Notes: generated from the letters alone by a model not told the origin. DNA of 18,176 nt from Myxococcota bacterium (GCA_036149055.1 JAYZQJ010000247.1:1-18176); one strand, 5' to 3'. Counted from the first letter of the stretch, positions 7,892 to 16,156 are shown. Translations and numbers: made by a program.

Positions 7892-9796
7892 CTACTGCGC
7901 GAGCACGTTGAAGAAGCGGAGCACGCCGCGATCCTGGGAGGCGCGGTCGCTGACGTGCAGCGTCCAGGTGCCGATCGCGTCGCGCACGTCCAGGATCTGG
8001 TCGTAGACGAAGTCGTCGTCGGAGCGGCCCTCGCGGTTCGTCAGCACGTGGCGCGAGCCGTCGGGCGCGTCGGCCCAGACCACGAGATCGCCGCGCCAGG
8101 TGTGGTCGATCTGGACCTGGATCCGGGCGCGCCGCGCCCCCACCGGAGCGAGCACGTCCACCGTGCGGGTCACGCCGTCGACGTCGGCGTCGGGGATGGC
8201 GACGTCGAGCGCGCAGGCGCCCTCGTGCGCCCAGGGCGCCAGGCCGATGCGCGCGCAGTCGTTCTGGAAGGTCTGCCCGGTGCAGCTGCAGACCGGCGCG
8301 TAGACCGCGGGGCAGAGCCGCGCCTCGGGGCCGGGCTCGCACACGCCGGGCTGGCTCGACACGCAGCTCGCGCCGTCGGTCGGGCCGCGGTCACAGGTGA
8401 GGCCGGCGTCGCAGGTGCTGCCCGCGCCGCAGCTCGAGCCGGGCCCGCCCACCGGCGGACAGAAGCGCTCGGTGCACGCCCAGCGACCGCCCGCGCAGGT
8501 GCAGGTGTTGCAGCCGTCGTCCCGGGTGTCGCCCTCGGCGCACTCGGCGGGGGTGGTGTCGCACGCCCAGCCGCAGCTCACGCCGTCGCAGGTCGGCCGG
8601 CCGACGCAGAGCGGGTGGATCCACGAGTTGCCGGGGAGATCGCAGTCCGCGACCACGTCGCACGCCCCGCGGGCGAGGCACGCGCCGCCGGTGCCGCAGA
8701 AGAGCCCCTCGGCGCAGTCGGCGTCGGCCGCGCAGGCGTCGCCCTCGCCGCCGGGCGCGGCCGGCACGCAGCTCAGGAAGCAGGGGTGACGGATGCAGCG
8801 CACGACCTCGGTCGGGCACTGGAAGCCGTCCCCGCAGTCGGCGTCCTCGAGGCAGCCGAGGCCGAAGACCTCGACGCGGTCGGCGTGGAAGCCCCAGCCG
8901 GTCACCGAGTGGTCGGTCACCAGGCGCACGCCGAGATCGCCCGTCGGGTACTCGCCGGTCGTGAATTCTCCGAGGTCCCCGGTGAAGCGGTCGAGCACCG
9001 CACCGGTGGACAGGTCGAGGATCTCGACGAAGTCGTAGCCGCGCTCGACGTCGAGGCGCGCGAAGTGGACGCGCGCCCGGGTCGCGCCGGCCGACAGCGG
9101 GCGCAGGTCCCAGGTGCGATCGAAGTCGTTCGCGTACGGGTGGTCGCTCTCGGTGCTCGGGAGGACGACCTGGCTCCAGACGCCGCGCCCCGGCTCGGGG
9201 CTGGGGGCCGGCTCGGCGAAGTCGAACTCCAGCCGCCAGGTGGCGATGCGACCGGTGTCGCGCCGGGCGTGGTCGCTCACCACCAGGGTCCAGTCGCCCA
9301 CCGCCGACTCCCCGTCGAAGGCGTCGGTCACGTCGGTGGTGATCGTGAGGTCGTCCTCGCTGCCGCCGGTCTGGTCGTGCAGGACCCGCTCGGTGCCGCT
9401 CGGCGACACCAGCACGACGCGCAGGTCGCCCCGCCAGGTGTGGCGCAGGGTCGCGCTCACGTGCAGCCGGGCGACGTTCGCGGCCGGCCGCTCGACCCGG
9501 ATCACCCGGGCCACCCCGGCCGGATCGGCGTCGGGGATCGGGGTGCTCTCGTTGTCGTAGAAGCGGGTCGTGGCCCGGCAGGCGCCGCGGGCCGGACAGG
9601 CCCCCGCCTCCGGGATGCAGAGGATGCGATCGCAGTACTCCCACGCGTCGCACTGCGCGTCCTCGGTGCAGGGCGCGCCCTCGAGCGCCTCCTGCTTCGC
9701 GCTCACGTCGTCGGCCGGCGGGCGCGCCGTCTGCGCCGCGCAGCCACCCAGCAGGCAGCCCGCCAGCAGGGCCAGATTCCAGGTCCGCTCCATCAT
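7892..9796 (-). CDS. modular lipoprotein: P domain - CUB-like - Cys-rich repeats - pacifastin/VWC-like - Kazal - P domain
   Basis: SD GGGGAG and lipobox (LAGC14 or LGGC19). Two P domains, each IPDAD...HTWRGDL...GxWTLxVSD (9224-9538 and 7895-8197). CUB-like ESDHPYANDFDRTW...LDVERGYDFVEI...TDHSVTGWGF (~8865-9170). Pacifastin-pattern module at 8459-8542 and Kazal CPAVYAPVCSCTGQTFQNDC..HEGAC at 8213-8341. Confidence 0.85.
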   Translation of the reverse strand: MMERTWNLALLAGCLLGGCAAQTARPPADDVSAKQEALEGAPCTEDAQCDAWEYCDRILCIPEAGACPARGACRATTRFYDNESTPIPDADPAGVARVIRVERPAANVARLHVSATLRHTWRGDLRVVLVSPSGTERVLHDQTGGSEDDLTITTDVTDAFDGESAVGDWTLVVSDHARRDTGRIATWRLEFDFAEPAPSPEPGRGVWSQVVLPSTESDHPYANDFDRTWDLRPLSAGATRARVHFARLDVERGYDFVEILDLSTGAVLDRFTGDLGEFTTGEYPTGDLGVRLVTDHSVTGWGFHADRVEVFGLGCLEDADCGDGFQCPTEVVRCIRHPCFLSCVPAAPGGEGDACAADADCAEGLFCGTGGACLARGACDVVADCDLPGNSWIHPLCVGRPTCDGVSCGWACDTTPAECAEGDTRDDGCNTCTCAGGRWACTERFCPPVGGPGSSCGAGSTCDAGLTCDRGPTDGASCVSSQPGVCEPGPEARLCPAVYAPVCSCTGQTFQNDCARIGLAPWAHEGACALDVAIPDADVDGVTRTVDVLAPVGARRARIQVQIDHTWRGDLVVWADAPDGSRHVLTNREGRSDDDFVYDQILDVRDAIGTWTLHVSDRASQDRGVLRFFNVLAQ

Positions 9797-9931
9797 CTCG
9801 TCTCCCCCATGGGCCTTCGAATGGGCGCCTACCTCCTACATGGGCGGACACCTCGCAAAGGCGCGCGAGAGAAATCTCTCTGTGCATCGATCCCACAGAA
9901 CCCTGTAGGATCGCGCGCGGAGGAGGTGCCC

Positions 9932-10453
9932 ATGCGAGCTTGGATGGCTTCGATCGTGCTGGTGCTGGTCGGGTGCACCGGCAGCTACGACAGCGGCGCG
10001 CCCGACGACAAGCAGGCCTCGGACCTCGACGACGCGGAGGCCCGCACCGCCTGCGAGAGCTACGTGGCCTACATCGACGGCAAGATCGGCGCGGCCGAGC
10101 GGGCCGAGCGGGCCTGCGTCGGCCGGGCCCTCATCGTCACCCGCAACCCCGAGGAGTGCGAGGTGAACGTCACCTCCTGCCTCGCCGATCCGCCCGAGGA
10201 CGGGTTCGACACCGACTGCAGCGATCCCTTCGTCGACCCCTTCTGTCAGGCGACGGTGGCCCAGGTGGAGGCCTGCGTGACCGCGGACACCGAGCTCTGG
10301 CTCGACTACGTGCGCGCGCCCAGCTGCGCCGCGGCCGGCAACCTCCCGGAGCTCGAGCGCTTCCTCGAGCAACCGGAGCCGCCGATGGAGTGCGAGATCC
10401 TGCGCTCGGTGTGCCCGAGCCTCGCCGACGGCTTCTACGGCACCGGTCGCTGA
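9932..10453 (+). CDS. hypothetical Cys-rich acidic lipoprotein (173 aa)
   Basis: Strong SD GGAGGAGG (9919-9926) before ATG 9932, inside the over-extended ORF 7955..10453. Lipobox LVG-C15 and ten further Cys. TAGGAT -10-like box at 9906-9911. Confidence 0.8.
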   Translation: MRAWMASIVLVLVGCTGSYDSGAPDDKQASDLDDAEARTACESYVAYIDGKIGAAERAERACVGRALIVTRNPEECEVNVTSCLADPPEDGFDTDCSDPFVDPFCQATVAQVEACVTADTELWLDYVRAPSCAAAGNLPELERFLEQPEPPMECEILRSVCPSLADGFYGTGR

Positions 10454-10511
10454 AGGTTGCGGCGAACGGACCCGAGACCTACGCTCGCCAGCCCCAGGGA
10501 GACGCTCACCG

Positions 10512-10811
10512 ATGGCCGACACCGTGTTCTGCGTGAAGACTCAGAAAGAGGGAGAGAAGCTCCCGCGCCCGCCGTTCCCCAACGAGCTGGGTCAGCGCAT
10601 CCACGAGAACGTGTCGCAGGAGGGCTGGCGGCTCTGGATCGCGCACTCGACGATGCTCATCAACGAGTTCCGCATCGACGTGAGCTCGAAGCAGGGCACG
10701 GAGTTCCTCCTCAAGCAGTGTGAGGACTTCTTCTTCGGCGAGGGCTCCGAGCTGCCACCCGACTTCAAGCCGGCGGACGCCGAGGGCAGCGCGGACGGCG
10801 AGAGCTCGTGA
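10512..10811 (+). CDS. yggX: oxidative damage protection / Fe(II)-trafficking protein YggX
   Basis: VFC with the conserved Cys7, PFPNELGQRIHENVSQEGWRLW, TMLINE and terminal FFFGEG; about 99 aa. SD-like AGGGAG and TACGCT (10480-10485) lie upstream. Confidence 0.93.
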   Translation: MADTVFCVKTQKEGEKLPRPPFPNELGQRIHENVSQEGWRLWIAHSTMLINEFRIDVSSKQGTEFLLKQCEDFFFGEGSELPPDFKPADAEGSADGESS

Positions 10812-12694
10812 GCGGAGCCGCCGAGGGCGCCGATGGCGGCCCCCTCTCCCAGCATCAGGCCCTCCGCGACCGCTTCGAGAAGGAGCGCGCGGCGCAGGAC
10901 CAGACCGACCAGCGCTTCAGCATCGTCCAGCTGACCCTCTTCGGGCTGGCCGCCGTGCTCGCCGGCTCGGGGCTGTTCCGCGGCGACTGGATCCTGGCCG
11001 CCGGCGGCGGCGCCGCCTTCCTCGTCTTCCTCGTGGTCCGCGGCTTCCAGGGCCGCACCATGGCGCGCCGCGATCGGGCCACGACCCGACGCGACCTCCA
11101 CGACCGGCACGTCAAGCGCATGACCGGTCAGTGGGACGCGCTCCCCGAGCCCTACGCGACCATCCCCCCGGGCCACCCCTACGCCTCCGACCTCGACATC
11201 GTCGGCAAGGCGTCGCTGCTGCAGCGCATCGACACCACGCACACCGCGGCCGGGGCCAAGACGCTCACCGGCTGGCTCGCCTCCCCGGCGACCCGCGAGG
11301 AGATCACGGCGCGTCAGGCGGCGGTCGTGGAGCTGGCGCCGCTCGTCGACTTCCGGGCGGAGCTCGAGGGCGCGGTGCTCGACACCGGCCGCGAGCGCCT
11401 CGACCCCGGCCCGTTCGTCGAGATGATGGACCGCAAGGGCGTGCACGAGACGAAGCCGTGGCTGAAGATCGTCTCGCCGCTCCTGCCGATGGTGACCGTC
11501 GGCCTCCTCATCGCGGGCAACTACGTGGCCGGCTTCCCGGGGTGGGCGTTCCTCCTCCCGCTGGCCGTGCAGATCGCGATCGTGCGCTCGACCGAGGCGC
11601 GCGCCCGCGAGATCTACGAGGCGATGGGGTCCAAGAAGGGCTTCGTCGACGCGTACGCGAACCTCTTCGAGGTCATCGAGGGGCACGCCTTCGAGTCGCC
11701 GCTGCTCGAGGACGCCAAGGCGCGACTCCGGATCGAGGGCGCGCCGCCGTCGACTCAGATGCGCCGGCTCGATCGCTGGGTCAGCTGGTACGAGCTGCGC
11801 GAGCAGGGGATCGTCTGGATCGTCGTCAACCCGCTGCTCCTCTGGGACCTCAACTGCCTCATCGGCATCGAGCGCTGGATCCGGGTCGTCGGCCGCAAGT
11901 GCGGCGAGTGGTTCGACGTGGTCGGCCAGATCGAGGCGCTGGCGAGCCTCTCGGTGCTCAAGCACCAGGACCTGTCGGCGACGATGCCCACCGTGGTCGA
12001 CGGCGAGCAGGGGCTCGAGGCGAGCCAGATCGCGCACCCGCTCCTGCCGGCCGCCGACCGGGTCGCCAACGACGTCTCGATCGACGGGCCCGGGCGCTGC
12101 CTGATCGTCACCGGGTCGAACATGGCCGGCAAGAGCACGCTGCTCCGCGCGGTGGGCGTGAACGTGGCCCTCGCGCTCGCCGGAGGCCCCGTGATCGCGC
12201 GATCGATGACGGTGCCCCGGGTGCGCCTGCGGGCGAGCATGCGGATCGCCGACTCGCTGCAGACCGGGGCGAGCTACTTCCAGGCGGAGCTGGCGCGGCT
12301 GCGGCTCGTGGTCAGCCAGGCCGAGCGCAAGCCCCCGGTGTTCTTCCTGCTCGACGAGCTGCTCCGGGGCACCAACGCCAAGGCCCGCCACCTCGGGGCG
12401 CGGGCCGTCGTCCGCCACCTCCTCGACCGCGACGCGATGGGCTTCGTGGCCACCCACGACGTGGCGCTGAGCGAGCTCGAGCACGAGCGCGACGGGGTCT
12501 CGAACGTGCACTTCACGGACGTCATCGCCGACGGCGTGATGACCTTCGACTACCGGCTGCGGCCGGGCGTGGTGAAGACCAGCAACGCGCTCCGGCTGCT
12601 CGCCCAGGTGGGCATCGAGGTCGGCGACGAAGAGCTGGTCCTGAGCCCCGCGATGGATCTCGCGGCCCAGGAGCGCGAGAGCGTGCCGGGCTGA
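10808..12694 (+). CDS. membrane-anchored MutS-related ATPase (MutS domain V only; not canonical MutS1/MutS2)
   Basis: Walker A TGSNMAGKST, DSL..GASYFQAE, Walker B FFLLDELLRGTN, ATHD and FDYRLRPG..TSNALRLL. Several N-terminal hydrophobic segments. No GxFYE mismatch motif and no Smr domain. GTGA overlap with yggX. Confidence 0.88.
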   Translation: MSGAAEGADGGPLSQHQALRDRFEKERAAQDQTDQRFSIVQLTLFGLAAVLAGSGLFRGDWILAAGGGAAFLVFLVVRGFQGRTMARRDRATTRRDLHDRHVKRMTGQWDALPEPYATIPPGHPYASDLDIVGKASLLQRIDTTHTAAGAKTLTGWLASPATREEITARQAAVVELAPLVDFRAELEGAVLDTGRERLDPGPFVEMMDRKGVHETKPWLKIVSPLLPMVTVGLLIAGNYVAGFPGWAFLLPLAVQIAIVRSTEARAREIYEAMGSKKGFVDAYANLFEVIEGHAFESPLLEDAKARLRIEGAPPSTQMRRLDRWVSWYELREQGIVWIVVNPLLLWDLNCLIGIERWIRVVGRKCGEWFDVVGQIEALASLSVLKHQDLSATMPTVVDGEQGLEASQIAHPLLPAADRVANDVSIDGPGRCLIVTGSNMAGKSTLLRAVGVNVALALAGGPVIARSMTVPRVRLRASMRIADSLQTGASYFQAELARLRLVVSQAERKPPVFFLLDELLRGTNAKARHLGARAVVRHLLDRDAMGFVATHDVALSELEHERDGVSNVHFTDVIADGVMTFDYRLRPGVVKTSNALRLLAQVGIEVGDEELVLSPAMDLAAQERESVPG

Positions 12695-12748
12695 CTCGAC
12701 GCGCAGCCGTTTCAGTCCTTGGGCTCCCTACCGTTATGCTGAAGGTCC

Positions 12749-15700
12749 TTGTCCGACGCCGCTGAACAGCCCTTCCTCCTCTCCCGGCCGCGGGCCCGCC
12801 CCTCTCGCGAGCACGTCGACGGCCTCGCGCGCCTGCACGAGAGCCACGACGTCGAGGATCGCCGGGCCCTGTGGCGCCAGAGCATGGCGAACCTCGCGGC
12901 CGAGGCGGCCGAGCAGAAGCCGGTCCCGCTCGAGGGGCTCGACCCGGACGCGGTCCTCGCCAGCGTGCGCGCCGCGATCGCCAACGGGCTGCTCGACGAC
13001 CTCGACTTCCTGACCCCGGCCCACTCCGCGGCCGCCCTCTACGAGCTGGCGTCGGTGCTGCCGATGGGCGAGGAGCGCCGCGAGCTCGGCCGGCGGGTCG
13101 CGCGCATGCTGCACACCGGCGACGCGGCCACCTTCGTCACCCTCGCCACCCGGCTCGCCATGGGCTCGCGGCGGGCCCTGAGCGGCTCCGCGGTCCGGGC
13201 CCGGGTCGCCCTCGCACTCGACCTACCGATCGGCAGCGGCACCCGCGCGGACGCGCTCGCCCTGGCCCTCATCTCCCGGCGCGAGCTCGCCGACGAGTGG
13301 CTCAGCGCGCCGTCCACCGGCTCGCTGCCCCAGCGGCGCCTGGCCGCGCGCCTGCTCGAGCGCGCCGCCCGCGAGGCCGCCCGCCGCTGCTCCCAGGGCG
13401 ACGACAGCGTGCTCGGCGTCTTCGAGCACGGCGGGGTGCGGCGGGCGTGGCGCCGGCTGCTCGAGGATCGCGAGCCGCTCGTCTGGCGCCACGTCGCCAC
13501 CGCCCGCGGGCTGCTGAGCGAGGACGAGATCGGCCTCGCCGACGAGATCAACGCCGGCTTCGATCCGGACCTGTCGCCCACCGAGTGGCGGCGCGCGGCC
13601 GCGTCGCTGGCGGCCAGCATCGCGGTGAACCCGGGGCGGGCCCTCACCCGGGCGCTGAAGCTCCTCGAGGGGCCGATCTTCGAGCGGGACCGCGGGGTCG
13701 CGGCGGCGATGCTGCTCGGCCTCCCGCGCGCGGCCGAGGTGGAGCCCGAGGCGGCGGAGGAGCTGTGCACCGCGATCGTGCGGGCCGGCGGCCTCGACGC
13801 GACCGAGGGGCTCATCTCGCTGCGACAGGAGCGCGTCGGCGGCGACTTCGGGGCCTGGGCCGGGCAGATGGCCCGCGCGCGTCTCCGCGAGGGCGGCCTC
13901 CTCGACTCGGACGACGACGGGCTCGCGGCGCTCGCGGCCGCGCTCGACCAGGATCTCCGGCCCGCCGAGGAGCGGGACTGGGCGCCGACCCTGCGCTCCC
14001 ACCTCGACGAGGCCCTGATGGCCTTCGCGGAGGAGGGCGCGCGCGCCGCCTTCACCCGGGCGCACTCGGTCCTGGAGCGGGTCGACGCCACGCTCCGCAA
14101 GCTCGAGGCGGCGCCCCAGACGAACGCCGACGGGAGGCGCGAGGCGTTCGTGGCCCTGCGGGAGCTCGACGAGGCCCTGCTCGCGACGAGCACGCTGGCC
14201 GATCTCCTGACCCTCGGCTCGCGCGGCGACGACGACTCGGCCACCGCGCCGCTCAACCTCTACTTCGCGCGCCTGACCGAGTGGCTCCTGACCCAGGAGC
14301 GGCTCCCGGTGACCGACGACGGCTCGGTCGATCACCCGGCCCTCCGCGGCCACCGGCTGCGCACGCTGCTGCACGCGATCGACGCCGACGGCAGCTGGGG
14401 CTCGGGCAAGAGCACCGACCTCGCGCGGCGCCGGCTCCGGGTGGTGCGTACTCTCCTCGGCCGGGTGCGCGACGACGCTCCGTCCACCCTCACCCGCGTG
14501 CTGCGGGCCTCCGCCGCCCGCGCCTGCGACGCGCTGCTCCGCGAGGAGATCGGCGAGCTGAGCGACGTCTTCCTCGCGGTGGTCCGCCACGTGCCCGACG
14601 TCGACGGCTTCGTGACGATGGCCGAGGCGTCGATGGTGCCGGAGATGGAGGCCATCTTCCGCGCCTACGCCAACCTGGTCCGGGTCACCGCCGAGGACGT
14701 GCGCGACACCAAGAGCCGGGGCCGCGCGAGCCTCGACGCGCTCCGCAAGCTGACCCGCGCGTTCCCCGCCGCGAGCTCACCCCGGGTCGACGCGCTGCAC
14801 GCGGCCCTGCTCGCCTTCGGGCGGGCCATCGAGCGCCTGAAGGCGGCGCGCTCGCTCGAGGAGCTGGCCGGCGAGGCGGGCGGCGGCGGCTCGCGCATCT
14901 CGGCGCTCGAGAAGGCGATCCGGCTCCTGATGCGGCTGGTGGTGGGCGCCAAGCGACGCCTCGGCGAGACCCCGGAGGACACCCACGGGGTCGCGGCGCC
15001 GGCGCTCAAGATCGTCGACATCGCCATCGAGCGCGCCTACCGCGGCGACCCGCAGTCGCTCCGAGAGTCGATGGCGCCGACGATCGACGCCCTGCACGAC
15101 GACCTGCCCGCGCCCCTCGCCGAGGTCGCGGCCGGCGCGCTGGTCCGCGCCCTCCGCCTGCCGCGCGAGGCCCCCGCGGGCGCCCCGGCGCGCAGCAGCT
15201 CCATCCCGGCGCCGCCCAAGGAGTCGCCGCTGCCGCCGTGGCTCCCCCCGAGCCGCACGCTGGGCGGGTTCTACGTGCTGCGCACCCTCGGCTCCGGCGC
15301 GGTCGGCAGCGTGTTCGTGGCCCGCCGGGTGGAAGAGAAGAAGAACGAGGACGCCTCCCGCTTCGCGCTGAAGGTGCCCGAGTTCACTGGCGCCGCCGCC
15401 CGGACGCTGAGCGAGGACGAGTTCCTCAGGCTCTTCCGCGAGGAGGCGGGCGCGCTCCTGTCGATCCCGGAGCACCACAACCTCGCGCACCTCGTCACCT
15501 TCGACGCGGGCGCGCGCCCCAAGCCGATCCTGGTGATGGAGCTGGTCGAGGGGCCCACGCTCGAGCGCGTGGTGGAGACGGCCGCCCTCGACCTGCGGCA
15601 GACCTTCGCGATCCTCGACGGCATCGCCGCCGGGCTCGAGGCGATGCACGGGGTCGGCGTCGGACACCTCGACGTGAAGCCCTCGAACGTGATCCTCCGG

Positions 15701-16156
15701 GACGCCGACCCGCTCGCGGGAGAGAACGGGACGCCGGTGCTCGTGGACTTCGGCCTCGCCGGCAGGCACCTCCGCCCCGGCTGCGCGACCAGCAACTACG
15801 GCGCGCCCGAGATCTGGGGCCTCGTCCCCAAGGGCTGCCAGCCGAGCCCGATGGCCGCCGATGTCTACGCCTTCGGCGCGCTCGCCTTCGAGGTGCTCAC
15901 CGGCCGCACCCTGGTGACCGGCGAGAGCGACGTGTCGATCATCACCGCCCACCTCTCGCACGACGGCGACTTCCGGGGCCTCGACTGGCTGGCGCGCGAC
16001 CCGAACCTCGCCCAGCTCGCCGAGGTGCTGCGGGGCGCGCTCCGCCAGGATCCGCGCACGCGCACCCCGATCGCCGAGCTCCGCCAGCAGCTCAAGGACG
16101 TACAGCCGCTCGTCTCCGTCCGTCGCTGGCCGCTCGACGCGCACGCCGCCGCATGA
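12749..16156 (+). CDS. Hanks-type Ser/Thr protein kinase with ~820-aa N-terminal alpha-helical region and C-terminal kinase domain
   Basis: GSGAVGSV, FALK, FREEA, HLDVKPSN (15665-15688), DFG, YGAPE and ADVYAFG. A Pro-rich linker precedes the kinase domain (starts ~15272). The TTG start is uncertain. Confidence 0.88.
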   Translation: MSDAAEQPFLLSRPRARPSREHVDGLARLHESHDVEDRRALWRQSMANLAAEAAEQKPVPLEGLDPDAVLASVRAAIANGLLDDLDFLTPAHSAAALYELASVLPMGEERRELGRRVARMLHTGDAATFVTLATRLAMGSRRALSGSAVRARVALALDLPIGSGTRADALALALISRRELADEWLSAPSTGSLPQRRLAARLLERAAREAARRCSQGDDSVLGVFEHGGVRRAWRRLLEDREPLVWRHVATARGLLSEDEIGLADEINAGFDPDLSPTEWRRAAASLAASIAVNPGRALTRALKLLEGPIFERDRGVAAAMLLGLPRAAEVEPEAAEELCTAIVRAGGLDATEGLISLRQERVGGDFGAWAGQMARARLREGGLLDSDDDGLAALAAALDQDLRPAEERDWAPTLRSHLDEALMAFAEEGARAAFTRAHSVLERVDATLRKLEAAPQTNADGRREAFVALRELDEALLATSTLADLLTLGSRGDDDSATAPLNLYFARLTEWLLTQERLPVTDDGSVDHPALRGHRLRTLLHAIDADGSWGSGKSTDLARRRLRVVRTLLGRVRDDAPSTLTRVLRASAARACDALLREEIGELSDVFLAVVRHVPDVDGFVTMAEASMVPEMEAIFRAYANLVRVTAEDVRDTKSRGRASLDALRKLTRAFPAASSPRVDALHAALLAFGRAIERLKAARSLEELAGEAGGGGSRISALEKAIRLLMRLVVGAKRRLGETPEDTHGVAAPALKIVDIAIERAYRGDPQSLRESMAPTIDALHDDLPAPLAEVAAGALVRALRLPREAPAGAPARSSSIPAPPKESPLPPWLPPSRTLGGFYVLRTLGSGAVGSVFVARRVEEKKNEDASRFALKVPEFTGAAARTLSEDEFLRLFREEAGALLSIPEHHNLAHLVTFDAGARPKPILVMELVEGPTLERVVETAALDLRQTFAILDGIAAGLEAMHGVGVGHLDVKPSNVILRDADPLAGENGTPVLVDFGLAGRHLRPGCATSNYGAPEIWGLVPKGCQPSPMAADVYAFGALAFEVLTGRTLVTGESDVSIITAHLSHDGDFRGLDWLARDPNLAQLAEVLRGALRQDPRTRTPIAELRQQLKDVQPLVSVRRWPLDAHAAA

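Noticed and set aside
8086..9443. RGD motifs as integrin-binding host-interaction signals
   Set aside because: RGDL is an intrinsic conserved feature of proprotein-convertase P domains, so it is not evidence of eukaryote binding.
9881..9897. CRP/FNR site
   Set aside because: TGTGC-N7-CCACA deviates from TGTGA-N6-TCACA in both spacing and half-sites.
2064..10453. Long versions of ORFs 2064..3902, 3907..6246 and 7955..10453
   Set aside because: The N-terminal extensions overlap real genes and have shadow-frame composition. The internal starts at 2811, 4647 and 9932 have coupling overlaps, an SD or signal peptides.
10808..12694. Canonical mismatch-repair mutS or mutS2
   Set aside because: The protein is too short, lacks the mismatch-recognition and Smr domains, and has TM segments, so no gene symbol is assigned.
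12871..16152. 1691-aa giant kinase ORF (12871..17946), or a frameshift fusion of the two kinases
   Set aside because: The upstream part is an Arg/Gly/Pro-rich shadow frame of kinase 1. A clean ATGA overlap at 16153 and two complete kinase domains indicate two separate genes.
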